Source of the DNA: a bacterium
GTDB taxonomy: Bacteria > Patescibacteriota > Microgenomatia > UBA1400 > PJMF01
DNA: 54,576 bases
Assembly: GCA_027620445.1 (NCBI GenBank)
Contig: JAQBYG010000004.1
Location: 1 to 54,576, forward strand
Direction: 5' to 3'
This document shows positions 1 through 9,012 of the stretch, in pieces. The translations under genes were made by a program, and so were the position numbers. The notes beneath the pieces were generated by a model. It searched no databases and was not told the origin of the DNA. It was given only the letters and a program-made list of their open reading frames with translations. Each line of letters opens with the position of its first letter. Within the stretch, counting starts at the first letter, position 1.

Positions 1-699
1 ATCACAACTACCCAGCTGCAACCGGCAGAGCTTGCTGATAACTACAGCTTTGCGGTTGTGTCGAATCGGTACGACAAAGACTCGCTTCCTGCGAGTACTT
101 TTTTCGCCAAACTCTCTCAACTACAAACAGCCCCGCTCGACTTCTTGGTGGTGACCGGCGACATCAGCAATACCCACGACAAAGGGGGAGTGCAAACGGT
201 CAATACACTTTTTGCCAACAACACCCCGTATCCTGTTCTCTACAATCCCGGCAATTTTGACCTATTACCACAAAAGCCGTACGAAATAGCGAGCGAGCGC
301 TTCTACACAGACCAGGAGTACTTCTTGCTGCTCAGCTTGGGCTCAGACTCAGTTGCAAGTAACGAGCAGCGCTTGTTTGCCTTCAACGCCTTACTGGAAC
401 TAGAACAACTTCCCGATATTAAAAATCTGTTTATCATCGCTCATGATCTCAATTGGCAGGATCGAAGCAATCCTAATAATTTTATCCATCAGTTGGAGAA
501 GCAATTGGCAAACTTTCCAGGTCTAAACATTCACATCTTAACGGCCGATCATGGTGGGGCAGGGGATGCAGTAACCTTGCAGAATGGGAATACTTCTTAC
601 TATGCCAATGCTATTCCAACAGAAGATGATAGTGAATACACCGTAATAAATGTTAATCCTTCAAGCAATGTCACTTTTTCCATTTTCGATCTTGATTGA
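1..699 (+). CDS. calcineurin-like metallophosphoesterase-fold protein with degenerate catalytic motifs; probably 5'-truncated by the window edge
   Basis: Frame 1 has no stop from nt 1 to the GTG at 58, so the ORF runs off the left edge. The blocks FAVVSNRY / VVTGDISN / NPGNFD / IIAHD / TADHGG occur in the order of the five phosphoesterase motifs, but several metal-binding D/H positions are replaced. Confidence 0.4.
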   Translation: MTTTQLQPAELADNYSFAVVSNRYDKDSLPASTFFAKLSQLQTAPLDFLVVTGDISNTHDKGGVQTVNTLFANNTPYPVLYNPGNFDLLPQKPYEIASERFYTDQEYFLLLSLGSDSVASNEQRLFAFNALLELEQLPDIKNLFIIAHDLNWQDRSNPNNFIHQLEKQLANFPGLNIHILTADHGGAGDAVTLQNGNTSYYANAIPTEDDSEYTVINVNPSSNVTFSIFDLD

Positions 700-705
700 T
701 ACAAT
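697..705 (+). promoter_or_regulatory. extended -10-like element TGaTACAAT, 12 nt upstream of ATG 718
   Basis: Read directly: ttGaTACAAT ctgaggggtaga ATG. A GAGGGG lies between it and the start codon. Confidence 0.35.
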
Positions 706-717
706 CTGAGGGGTAGA

Positions 718-1365
718 ATGCCCTCTATGGCAACCTTCTCCGAAAAAGCTACTCGAATATATGATGCTAACCCTAAACCTAGAGACAATGCAGAATTGGC
801 TAGAAGACTTCGGATTCAGATAAATAACACCGACTCAATTCAAACTGTTCATCAGAGGCTAACAGCTATTATCAGTTATCCTTTATCAAGAATTGTGCAG
901 CATTTTGCAGACATTAGTCATCTAGAATTCAAAAAAGATAGACAAAAGAAAAAGTCAAGAAAGAAATCGACAGACGGTCCTCCCAAATACGATTTACACC
1001 TGACCACTGATGCTCAGGCTGTTTTTGGGGTTTCAATATTAACATTTGTTATTATTTCAGACCAAGCAGATCTGGCCAGAGCGATACTAAAAAATGAAGT
1101 AGGAGGAGTAATATGTCCCGAATGGTCAACAGAACTTGTGCAGACATCCATAATCATCCAGTTTCTGATACATGCAGGCATCTGGGATAATTATGTTGAT
1201 ATTTGCCCTGAAGATGATGAGACCAAGCCACTCACAAAGTTTCTGACTACATTTCCTGAGCTCGATCATTTAATCGACAAGAATTGGGATTTTATTGAAC
1301 AATATTTCTCACCCGTAATCAGAGAGATTCAGATTAGAAGAACAAACTTAATGAAACGAAATTAG
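718..1365 (+). CDS. hypothetical protein (orphan, no recognisable domain)
   Basis: 215-aa ORF with its own -10-like element. It has a Lys/Arg-rich linker (KKDRQKKKSRKKS). Several 60-nt lines have lower G+C than the core genes. Confidence 0.45.
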   Translation: MPSMATFSEKATRIYDANPKPRDNAELARRLRIQINNTDSIQTVHQRLTAIISYPLSRIVQHFADISHLEFKKDRQKKKSRKKSTDGPPKYDLHLTTDAQAVFGVSILTFVIISDQADLARAILKNEVGGVICPEWSTELVQTSIIIQFLIHAGIWDNYVDICPEDDETKPLTKFLTTFPELDHLIDKNWDFIEQYFSPVIREIQIRRTNLMKRN

Positions 1366-2327
1366 CTTAAACTCTCCCTCACCCTCCGCAACCCCTCGGC
1401 GAAACTAACCTGTGGTGACCAACCAAGGAGCTCTCGCGCTTTAGAAATATCTGGTTTACGACGTGCAGGATCATCACCTGGCAAAGGTTTGAAAATGATC
1501 TCCAACTGGGGTTTGTCAAACGCCTGCTTTACCAACTCAGCTGTCTCTAGGGCAGTGTGTTCCTCGAGTGGATTGCCAAGGTTTATCGTCTCGCCCGCCA
1601 AATTATCGAGCGTCCCCATGCGAATAATGCCATCAACTAGGTCAGACACATAGCAAAATGATCGGGTTTGTGAGCCATTGCCATAGATAGTCAGTGCCTC
1701 AGAATTCATAGCCTGCTTGATAAAGTTGGGAATAATCCGTCCATCAGCCAGATCCATGCGTGGGCCATAGGTATTAAAAATCCGCACGATCCGCACATCC
1801 ATCCCAAAATCTCTCGCGTGCACGCCGCAAATGGTTTCACCAAGTCGCTTGGATTCGTCGTAACACGAGCGGATGCCATTGGGATTTACATTGCCCCAAT
1901 AACCTTCTACCTGGGGATGCTCCGCCGGATCACCATACGTTTCGGACGTGCTCGCAAACACAAAACGAGCCTGTGGAGCGAGTTCCTTGAGGTACTGTAA
2001 CAAATAATGAGTGCCAATCGAGTTGACTAAGTACGTTTCGACCGGGTGCGCTTGATAACGAGGGGGACTGGCGGGGGAGGCGAGGTGAAACACATGAGTT
2101 GGGACTACCTGAGTTGGTAGAAAATTCGCAGTTGGCTGCGATACATCAGCCTTTATAAAATGAAATGCTCCATTGCTCTCGAGATGATCTAGATTCCTCG
2201 GTTGTCCAGTGATAAAGTTATCTATTCCGAAAACCGTGTAACCCATTTTTAAAAGCGCGTCACATAAGTGCGAGCCGACAAATCCTGCGGCTCCAGTTAC
2301 AACTGCGGTTTGGTTACTACGGTTCAT
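1362..2327 (-). CDS. UDP-glucuronate decarboxylase (UDP-xylose synthase) family, NAD-dependent epimerase/dehydratase
   Basis: N-terminal Rossmann motif VTGAAGFVGSHLCD. SDR catalytic YxxxK (CYDESKRLGE). Length of 321 aa and overall sequence are typical of UXS-type enzymes. Confidence 0.75.
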   Translation of the reverse strand: MNRSNQTAVVTGAAGFVGSHLCDALLKMGYTVFGIDNFITGQPRNLDHLESNGAFHFIKADVSQPTANFLPTQVVPTHVFHLASPASPPRYQAHPVETYLVNSIGTHYLLQYLKELAPQARFVFASTSETYGDPAEHPQVEGYWGNVNPNGIRSCYDESKRLGETICGVHARDFGMDVRIVRIFNTYGPRMDLADGRIIPNFIKQAMNSEALTIYGNGSQTRSFCYVSDLVDGIIRMGTLDNLAGETINLGNPLEEHTALETAELVKQAFDKPQLEIIFKPLPGDDPARRKPDISKARELLGWSPQVSFAEGLRRVRESLS

Positions 2328-2333
2328 GTAAGT

Positions 2334-2339
2334 ATCTTA
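2334..2339 (-). promoter_or_regulatory. -10-like hexamer TAAGAT (minus strand), 6 nt upstream of the ATG at 2327
   Basis: The reverse complement of 2328-2339 reads TAAGAT acttac, followed by ATG. Confidence 0.3.
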
Positions 2340-2346
2340 TCGTATT

Positions 2347-2541
2347 GTGAGTATTATGCCCACACGTGCTGAGTGTGAAGCAGAATTAACCAATATTCTC
2401 GGAGAAAAACCGTTCGATGAGTTATCTTGGGAAGAATTGATGGAAATATTAACTCACTTCTGGTATGACTTTCCAAGCAATCAAGAAGTTTTGGGGCGAA
2501 TTCAAACTTTTGGTAAAAACGAAACGGAAGAAAATGAATAA
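2347..2541 (+). CDS. small acidic hypothetical protein (start may be ATG 2356)
   Basis: 64-aa ORF that fills the gap between divergent genes. No recognisable motif. Confidence 0.3.
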   Translation: MSIMPTRAECEAELTNILGEKPFDELSWEELMEILTHFWYDFPSNQEVLGRIQTFGKNETEENE

Positions 2542-2546
2542 ACCTC

Positions 2547-2552
2547 TATAAT
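2547..2552 (+). promoter_or_regulatory. consensus -10 hexamer TATAAT, 7 nt upstream of GTG 2560
   Basis: Read directly: ctcTATAATaaatctcGTG. Confidence 0.4.
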
Positions 2553-2559
2553 AAATCTC

Positions 2560-4035
2560 GTGCGAACAGTTTTTAACAACACTCACCTTCCTTTGTTGCT
2601 CATTCTCGTTCTTGCTCTCGCACTTCGCCTCCCACATCTCAATGGTTCCTTCTGGCTTGACGAAGCAGCTCAGGCGCTTGAAAGCACCAGGCCTCTGTCA
2701 CAGCAGCTCGATATCGTCGCAGACTTCCAGCCGCCGCTGCTACATCTCCTTGTGCACTTTGCTACGTACTTTTCCACTGCGGAGTGGTGGCTGCGCACAG
2801 TTGGCGCAGTTATCCCAGGCTTGGTTACGATCGCGTTTGTCTACCTGTTCTTGTTACGCGCAGTAAATAAGAAAACGGCAATCATCGCAGTACTCCTTCT
2901 GAGCACCTCATCGCTACATATTTACTTTTCTCAAGAATTACGACCGTACGCCTTACCTGCTCTGTTTGCCGCGCTCTCGTGGTGGGCGTTGTACCAAAAA
3001 CGCTGGCGCACTTTTGCAGTCGCGAGCGCCCTCGGGTTATACAGCTCATACCTCTACCCATTTCTACTGATTTCTCAGATTATCTGGCAAATTTTTGTTC
3101 TCAAAGATAGACAAAAGGCATTCATCTGGTCACTCGTTTTCCCAGCAGGTCTTTTTGCGCTGTGGCTACCTATGTTCTTTGCCCAACTGCAAACAGGCCA
3201 GCTGCTGAGACAAGAGTTGCCTGGTTGGGAATCTGTCGTGAGCGTGCCACAACAAAAAGCAGTCCAGTTAGTTCTCGCAAAATTTGTATTTGGGATTAGT
3301 GATCTCTCGCTCTCACCACCCTTCCTGATCGTTTCTTTTTTTCTAGTGCTGTGTTTCGCTCTGCTGCTTGGAAAATTGTGGCCAAAAACGACCAAAAAAA
3401 ATCGCCAGATCTTTGCACTGCTTGCGATTTGGGCCGGCCTGCCTTTACTTCTTGGCTGGATAATTTCGTGGAAAGTCCCAGTCGTCGAGCCAAAACGACT
3501 GCTATTTTCCCTTGCTGGCTGCTACGGACTTGTCGCCTTTTTGGTTACTACCGCTAGTTCTCAAAAGAGCAAACTTGTAAAGTACGTGGGCTATGGCCTC
3601 ATAGGCACTCTATTTTCACTCAATATCTGGAGTACCTACAATTACTACACTAAAAAGGAGCTCCAACGCGAAGACTGGCGCGGCATAATAGCTAAACTCG
3701 AACAAACGTATCCACTCGAAGACTCGCTCGCTGTATTTATCTTTCCCGATCCGTTTGCTCCCTGGCGCTGGTACGCCGATCCGAGGATAGAAACGCTCAC
3801 TACCAAGACAGTTTATGTTTCCGAAAGCACCGAACTGCGTGATTTGCTCGAGCCAACCCTTGACTACAACTACGTAATACTGTTTGATTACCTGCAGGAC
3901 CTGACTGATCCCAATCGATTAGTTCAGGCAGAGTTAGAGCGATTTGGTTTTACAGAGACTGGCTCCTTCTCGGATGCTAACCTTGGCTTTGTTCGTATTT
4001 TTACCAACAGCCACAATTTAGAAAACAACGGATAA
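2560..4035 (+). CDS. GT-C fold membrane glycosyltransferase, family 39 / ArnT-PMT-like
   Basis: 491 aa with about 10 or more hydrophobic segments. The first extracytoplasmic loop motif (LNGSFWLDEAAQALES) is characteristic of PMT_2/ArnT-like proteins. A soluble C-terminal domain follows. Confidence 0.7.
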   Translation: MRTVFNNTHLPLLLILVLALALRLPHLNGSFWLDEAAQALESTRPLSQQLDIVADFQPPLLHLLVHFATYFSTAEWWLRTVGAVIPGLVTIAFVYLFLLRAVNKKTAIIAVLLLSTSSLHIYFSQELRPYALPALFAALSWWALYQKRWRTFAVASALGLYSSYLYPFLLISQIIWQIFVLKDRQKAFIWSLVFPAGLFALWLPMFFAQLQTGQLLRQELPGWESVVSVPQQKAVQLVLAKFVFGISDLSLSPPFLIVSFFLVLCFALLLGKLWPKTTKKNRQIFALLAIWAGLPLLLGWIISWKVPVVEPKRLLFSLAGCYGLVAFLVTTASSQKSKLVKYVGYGLIGTLFSLNIWSTYNYYTKKELQREDWRGIIAKLEQTYPLEDSLAVFIFPDPFAPWRWYADPRIETLTTKTVYVSESTELRDLLEPTLDYNYVILFDYLQDLTDPNRLVQAELERFGFTETGSFSDANLGFVRIFTNSHNLENNG

Positions 4036-4039
4036 AGTT

Positions 4040-5194
4040 ATGACAGAACCATTGCGCGTCGGCATCGACATTACCTCAGTCTTGTATGGCAGAGGAGTGT
4101 CTCGCTATACAACCAACCTGACTCGCCATTTGCTCGCAAATAATCGGGTAAAAATGAGTCTCTACGGCACGTCGCTCAGACAAAAATCAGAGCTCGAAAA
4201 AATAGCAAAAGAGCTGAAGGCTGCAACAGAACAAAAAGCCCACACCGTTATTCGCAACTACCCGCCCTCTCTCTACAACTTTCTTTGGTACAAGCTAGGT
4301 TATCCCAAAATCCGCTCAGCTATGCCAGACATCTCTCTTTTTCACTCCTGGGATTGGTTGCAACCACCAGACCGAGATCTTCCCCTGATTTCTACTATTC
4401 ACGATCTTGCAATGTTCCAGTTCCCAGAGACTGCACACCCGCAAATTCTAGATATGCATCGCAAGTCCTGGGAGGTGCTCAAGAAACGCAACGCACACAT
4501 TATTGCAGTCAGCCGGGCAACAAAAAATGACGTTATCAACCATCTGGGTATTCCAGCCGAGCGAATTCACGTCGTGCATGAAGCACTACCCGACGAGGTG
4601 GTGCTAGTCAGCAACCATCTGACCGAAGCACGGTACGAACAACTCAAGCTCGAGCTACAGTTGACCAAACCATATATTCTGTTCGTCGGTACTAGAGAGC
4701 CAAGAAAAAATCTCACAAGACTCATTGCGGCTTGGCAATCACTCAATCTGCCAGATTTAGAACTGCTCATTGCAGGCAGTGTGGGCTGGGACAAAACCAA
4801 TGATCTTGGCAAAACTCCAGGCCTTAGATTTCTTGATCGGGTAAGCGATGAAGCCCTTTCTGTTTTGTATGGCGAGGCAAGCGTATTTGCATTTCCATCC
4901 TTGTATGAAGGTTTTGGTCTGCCGATTCTCGAGGCGTTTCATCACGGCACACCAGTTGTTACCTCGAACACTTCAAGCATGCCCGAAGTTGCAGGCAATG
5001 CTGCAGAGCTCGTCGACCCACTGTCAGAGGACAGTATCGCCCAAGCCCTGAAAAAGATTCTAAACGAGAGCGTGCCAGAACAGCAAAAACGCCTACAAAA
5101 AATGATTATTCGCTCACAGATGTTTGGATGGCAGCGTGTTGCTGACCAAACAATTGACGCCTACGAACAAACTGTCCAGACTTTTGTGTCATAA
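4040..5194 (+). CDS. glycosyltransferase family 4 (GT-B, group 1)
   Basis: C-terminal E-x7-E region SLYEGFGLPILEAFHHGTPVVTSN. Length 384 aa. Confidence 0.85.
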   Translation: MTEPLRVGIDITSVLYGRGVSRYTTNLTRHLLANNRVKMSLYGTSLRQKSELEKIAKELKAATEQKAHTVIRNYPPSLYNFLWYKLGYPKIRSAMPDISLFHSWDWLQPPDRDLPLISTIHDLAMFQFPETAHPQILDMHRKSWEVLKKRNAHIIAVSRATKNDVINHLGIPAERIHVVHEALPDEVVLVSNHLTEARYEQLKLELQLTKPYILFVGTREPRKNLTRLIAAWQSLNLPDLELLIAGSVGWDKTNDLGKTPGLRFLDRVSDEALSVLYGEASVFAFPSLYEGFGLPILEAFHHGTPVVTSNTSSMPEVAGNAAELVDPLSEDSIAQALKKILNESVPEQQKRLQKMIIRSQMFGWQRVADQTIDAYEQTVQTFVS

Positions 5195-5200
5195 TTGGGT

Positions 5201-6355
5201 ATGACTTCCCACAGCGTAGCAATAGATGGTAACGAAGCAAATGTGCCAAATCGTGTGGGCAGCAATATTTACGCGTTCGAGTTGCTGACAGAACTAGAAA
5301 AACAACTTGCAGAAAAAAAAGAGTGGGACGTCACCATTTTACTCACGTCTCATCCTGTTGCGGATATGCCTCCCGTTCGAAAAGGCTGGCGATATGTGAT
5401 TCTTCGTCCTAAAAAATTCTGGACGCAATGGGCGCTGCCAAGATATCTCGCTCAGAATAAGAAGAGTGTCGACCTCTTTTTCACCCCTGGCCACTACGCA
5501 CCCCGTTACTCACCAGTCCCATATATCTGCGCGGTGCTCGATCTTGCGTTCCTTTCACACCCAGCCTCATTTACGCTGAGAGATAGACTACAACTAACAC
5601 ACTGGACAAAGTACAGCGTACAACATGCAAAAAAAATCATCACCATCAGCCAAGCCTCGAAAAGAGAGGTTGTTGACGATTATCATGTCCCAGCAAATAA
5701 TGTCATTGTCGCTTACCCAGCAATTGGAAAAATTGAAAGAGTATCTGCCCAAGAGGTACTGCAGAGTATAAAAAAATTCTCACTCCCGAAATCATTTTTT
5801 ATTTCTCTTGGCACAATTCAACCACGAAAAAACTTGATTCGTTTGATCGAGGCGTTCGAAAGTTTCTCCCGCAAACAACAAGGTCTGGGGAAAACAACAG
5901 ACTTGTATCACCTCGTCTTTGCCGGCAAACAAGGCTGGCTCGCCAAACCAATCCTCGATCGCATCGAGCAATCACCGTTTCGAGAGCTGATTCATCTAAC
6001 AGGGTTTATTACAGAAACTGAAAAATGGGCACTGCTGCGAAACGCAGCAGCCTCTGTTACTGTCGGGCTCAAAGAGGGTTTTGGTATACCTGCGCTCGAA
6101 GCACTTGAGGTTGGAACTATCCCAATCGTATCAAACACCAGTAGTTTGCCAGAAGTTGTTGGTGAAGGCGCAATTTTAGTTAACCCAACAAATTCGCTCG
6201 AAATTGCCGATGGTCTCTGGAAAGTAGCGACACTCAAGGCTCGAGAAAAGGCAATACTTCGCAAGAAAGGTCGAGAGCAGCGAGCAAAATTTTCCTGGAA
6301 GAACACAGCTGCGACTGTCCTGGATCTCTGGCAAGACGTGGTAAACACTTCATGA
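5201..6355 (+). CDS. glycosyltransferase family 4 (GT-B, group 1)
   Basis: KEGFGIPALEALEVGTIPIVSN motif. I prefer ATG 5201 over the TTG at 5195 given in the ORF track. Confidence 0.85.
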   Translation: MTSHSVAIDGNEANVPNRVGSNIYAFELLTELEKQLAEKKEWDVTILLTSHPVADMPPVRKGWRYVILRPKKFWTQWALPRYLAQNKKSVDLFFTPGHYAPRYSPVPYICAVLDLAFLSHPASFTLRDRLQLTHWTKYSVQHAKKIITISQASKREVVDDYHVPANNVIVAYPAIGKIERVSAQEVLQSIKKFSLPKSFFISLGTIQPRKNLIRLIEAFESFSRKQQGLGKTTDLYHLVFAGKQGWLAKPILDRIEQSPFRELIHLTGFITETEKWALLRNAAASVTVGLKEGFGIPALEALEVGTIPIVSNTSSLPEVVGEGAILVNPTNSLEIADGLWKVATLKAREKAILRKKGREQRAKFSWKNTAATVLDLWQDVVNTS

Positions 6356-6837
6356 CAACAATCCTAGGCATTGATCCTGGTTACGATCGACTCGGGTGGG
6401 CTGTCGCTGCTATCGAGCAGAAAAAAATGTCGCTCCTTGCCTATGACTGCATTGTCACCGACAAGACACAAGACTTTCTACAACGTATGGGTGCTATCAC
6501 GCTTGACCTCGAATCGATTTTTGCCAAATATAAACCAAGTGAGCTTGCGATCGAGACGCTCGTCTTTGCACGCAATACTACAACCGCTCTCAAAGTGAGT
6601 GAAATCCGCGGCTCCATTATCACTACTGCAGCAGCTCACAACATCAAAAGCTTCCAGTACAACCCTATGACAATCAAGCTATCGGTAACCGGATATGGCA
6701 GGGCAGACAAGCAAGGTATCAGTAAGATGCTTCGCATGCTCTTTCCAGAGATAGAGCAAGTCGCTCACGATGATACAATGGACGCGATCGCAGTCGTCAT
6801 TACACATGCGCTTGCTGTCCATCAGATTCAACTCTAA
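6352..6837 (+). CDS. ruvC: crossover junction endodeoxyribonuclease RuvC
   Basis: ILGIDPGYDRLGWAV (catalytic Asp), AIE, and the C-terminal HDDTMDAIAV acidic residues. Length 161 aa. ATGA overlap with the upstream GT4. Confidence 0.9.
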   Translation: MTTILGIDPGYDRLGWAVAAIEQKKMSLLAYDCIVTDKTQDFLQRMGAITLDLESIFAKYKPSELAIETLVFARNTTTALKVSEIRGSIITTAAAHNIKSFQYNPMTIKLSVTGYGRADKQGISKMLRMLFPEIEQVAHDDTMDAIAVVITHALAVHQIQL

Positions 6838-6839
6838 GT

Positions 6840-7415
6840 ATGATTGCACTCCTGACAGGCACACTACTCGAACTACAAACACCGCTTATCTTACAAGTGG
6901 GCGGGGTAGGATACGGGGTCCAAGTTGCAGCAAAACATCTTGGCGCATGGACCAAAGGAGAAGAAGTTACACTCTGGATTCATACCCATGTGGCCGAAAC
7001 TGCCCTGGAGCTTTTTGGGTTTCCTACCAAAGATGAAAAGCAACTTTTCTTGCTACTGCTGCAGGTATCAGGCGTTGGACCAAAAACAGCGCTTCAGCTC
7101 TGCGCGCTTGGCGGTGAGCAAATCAGCGCCGCAGTCCGGGAAGGCAATGTCAAGCTCTTTAGTCAAGTACCTCGAGTAGGGAAAAAACTTGCGCAAAAAA
7201 TCATCATTGAGCTTTCGAGCAAACTCGGGAGTCTGGAAGATCTCCAGCTCGGAACACTCGATCCAGACCACGCGACTCTTCTTGAGGCACTGTTGGCCTT
7301 GGGCTATGAAGAACACGTTGTATATGACATCGTGCGCAAAACGGATATGAGCTCAATCACCTTAGAACAAGCGCTCAAACAAACAATGCAACTACTGGGA
7401 AGTACTCGCTCATGA
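6840..7415 (+). CDS. ruvA: Holliday junction branch migration complex subunit RuvA
   Basis: N-terminal OB segment (MIALLTGTL...VGGVGYGV). Helix-hairpin-helix GVGPKTALQL. Located between ruvC and ruvB. Confidence 0.9.
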   Translation: MIALLTGTLLELQTPLILQVGGVGYGVQVAAKHLGAWTKGEEVTLWIHTHVAETALELFGFPTKDEKQLFLLLLQVSGVGPKTALQLCALGGEQISAAVREGNVKLFSQVPRVGKKLAQKIIIELSSKLGSLEDLQLGTLDPDHATLLEALLALGYEEHVVYDIVRKTDMSSITLEQALKQTMQLLGSTRS

Positions 7416-8407
7416 AAAGTGATAAAACGACAGAAAGTATTTCTCCAGAAGAAGCTGAGCTCTTTACCAACTTGCGTGCGCAAAGCTGGCCGGAGTTTTT
7501 TGGCCAAGACAATGTCAAGGAATCGCTGGCCATCGCAATTGAGGCCGCCCGCAATCGCGAAGAACCGCTTGACCACCTGTTGCTCTACGGCCCACCAGGT
7601 CTTGGCAAAACCACCCTCTGCCATCTCATTGCCAACGAACTCAATGTCCAGACAAAGATAACTTCTGGCACAGCTCTGACAAAAGTTGGAGATTTAGCCG
7701 CCATCATTACAAATCTTAACCCCGGAGACATTTTATTTATTGATGAAATTCACCGATTGCCAAAAGCGGTCGAAGAAACGCTCTATCCGGCGATGGAGGA
7801 CTATGCTCTCGATGTCGTGATCGGCAAGGGCCCAACGGCACGCTCAATAAGGCTTGATCTGCCAAAATTTACTTTGGTTGGTGCAACTACAAAATTCGGC
7901 TTACTCTCTGGCCCATTTCGTGATCGTTTCGGCATTATTCATCGACTATCCTACTATGAGCTACGCGCGCTCCAGACGATTCTGATGAACTCGGCAAAAA
8001 AACTGCACGTCACCCTGCTCGAATCTGGTGCTGTTGCGATCGCACAGCGCTCTCGAGGAACTCCAAGAATTGCTTTGAAACTCCTCAAACGCGTGCGCGA
8101 TTATCTTGAAGTCAAGAATCACAGTGAGATTTCTGGCGAGCTGGTACAGTCTGCCCTCGATTTATTCGAAATCGATCAGCTTGGTCTCGACGAGAGCGAT
8201 CGACGAGTGCTCGCCCTGATCATCGATAAATACCAGGGTGGTCCCGTTGGCCTGAGCACCCTAGCAGCCGCCTTGCACGAGGATGTTGTCACAATAGAAG
8301 AGGTTATCGAGCCGTACTTAATGCAAGTTGGGTTTCTCAAACGAACTTCGCAGGGTAGAATGACAACAGAAGCTGCAAAAAAGCATCTGAACAGCTCGAG
8401 AAAATAG
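7412..8407 (+). CDS. ruvB: Holliday junction DNA helicase RuvB
   Basis: Walker A GPPGLGKTTL, Walker B LFIDEIHRL, and the RGTPRIA sensor region. Confidence 0.97.
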   Translation: MKSDKTTESISPEEAELFTNLRAQSWPEFFGQDNVKESLAIAIEAARNREEPLDHLLLYGPPGLGKTTLCHLIANELNVQTKITSGTALTKVGDLAAIITNLNPGDILFIDEIHRLPKAVEETLYPAMEDYALDVVIGKGPTARSIRLDLPKFTLVGATTKFGLLSGPFRDRFGIIHRLSYYELRALQTILMNSAKKLHVTLLESGAVAIAQRSRGTPRIALKLLKRVRDYLEVKNHSEISGELVQSALDLFEIDQLGLDESDRRVLALIIDKYQGGPVGLSTLAAALHEDVVTIEEVIEPYLMQVGFLKRTSQGRMTTEAAKKHLNSSRK

Positions 8408-8409
8408 CG

Positions 8410-8415
8410 TATAGT
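8410..8415 (+). promoter_or_regulatory. -10-like hexamer TATAGT, 6 nt upstream of ATG 8422
   Basis: Read directly: gcgTATAGTtgttgtATG. Confidence 0.35.
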
Positions 8416-8421
8416 TGTTGT

Positions 8422-9006
8422 ATGTCACTGTTACAAAAAAGTATCCGACGCATCACGACCATTTGGCTGGAGTTAGTCACCGGGTTTCTTTGGTGGGGAG
8501 TTGGCAATGTGCCGCTGCATCATGTTCGCAGATTTTTTTATAGACTTTCGGGTATCCAAATCGGCAGAGGTTCCACCATCCACATGGGCGCGCGGATCTA
8601 CGATCCACGATTTATCCAAATCGGCGATGACACAATTATTGGCGAGCGCGCTACACTCGATGGGAGGAGACAGCTTCCCAACTCGCGTGGCGGCATTACG
8701 ATCGGCAATCACACTGACATTGCATCAGAAGTAATGATTTGGTCAAGTGAACACAATATTTCTTCTCCAAATTTTGCTCCGATTGAAGCTCCGGTGAAGA
8801 TCGGCGATTATGTCTTCATCGGTCCGAGAGCAATTCTGCTCCCAGGAGTTACTGTTGCATCTGGAGCAGTGATTGCGGCTGGCGCTGTAGTCACCAAAGA
8901 TGTAGCTGCAAATACGATTGTTGCGGGCGTACCAGCCAAACCAATTGGCGAGCGGGATCCAAACAACCTACAATACCGTCTGGGCAGAGCTCGTTGGTTT
9001 CAATAA
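8422..9006 (+). CDS. left-handed beta-helix (hexapeptide repeat) O-acetyltransferase, WbbJ/WcaF-like
   Basis: Repeated [LIV]-G-x4 hexapeptides (IGDDTIIGERATL, IGNHTDIASEVMI, IGDYVFIGPRAILLPGVTV, VVTKDVAANTIVAGVPAK). Confidence 0.8.
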   Translation: MSLLQKSIRRITTIWLELVTGFLWWGVGNVPLHHVRRFFYRLSGIQIGRGSTIHMGARIYDPRFIQIGDDTIIGERATLDGRRQLPNSRGGITIGNHTDIASEVMIWSSEHNISSPNFAPIEAPVKIGDYVFIGPRAILLPGVTVASGAVIAAGAVVTKDVAANTIVAGVPAKPIGERDPNNLQYRLGRARWFQ

Positions 9007-9012
9007 CCCAAC

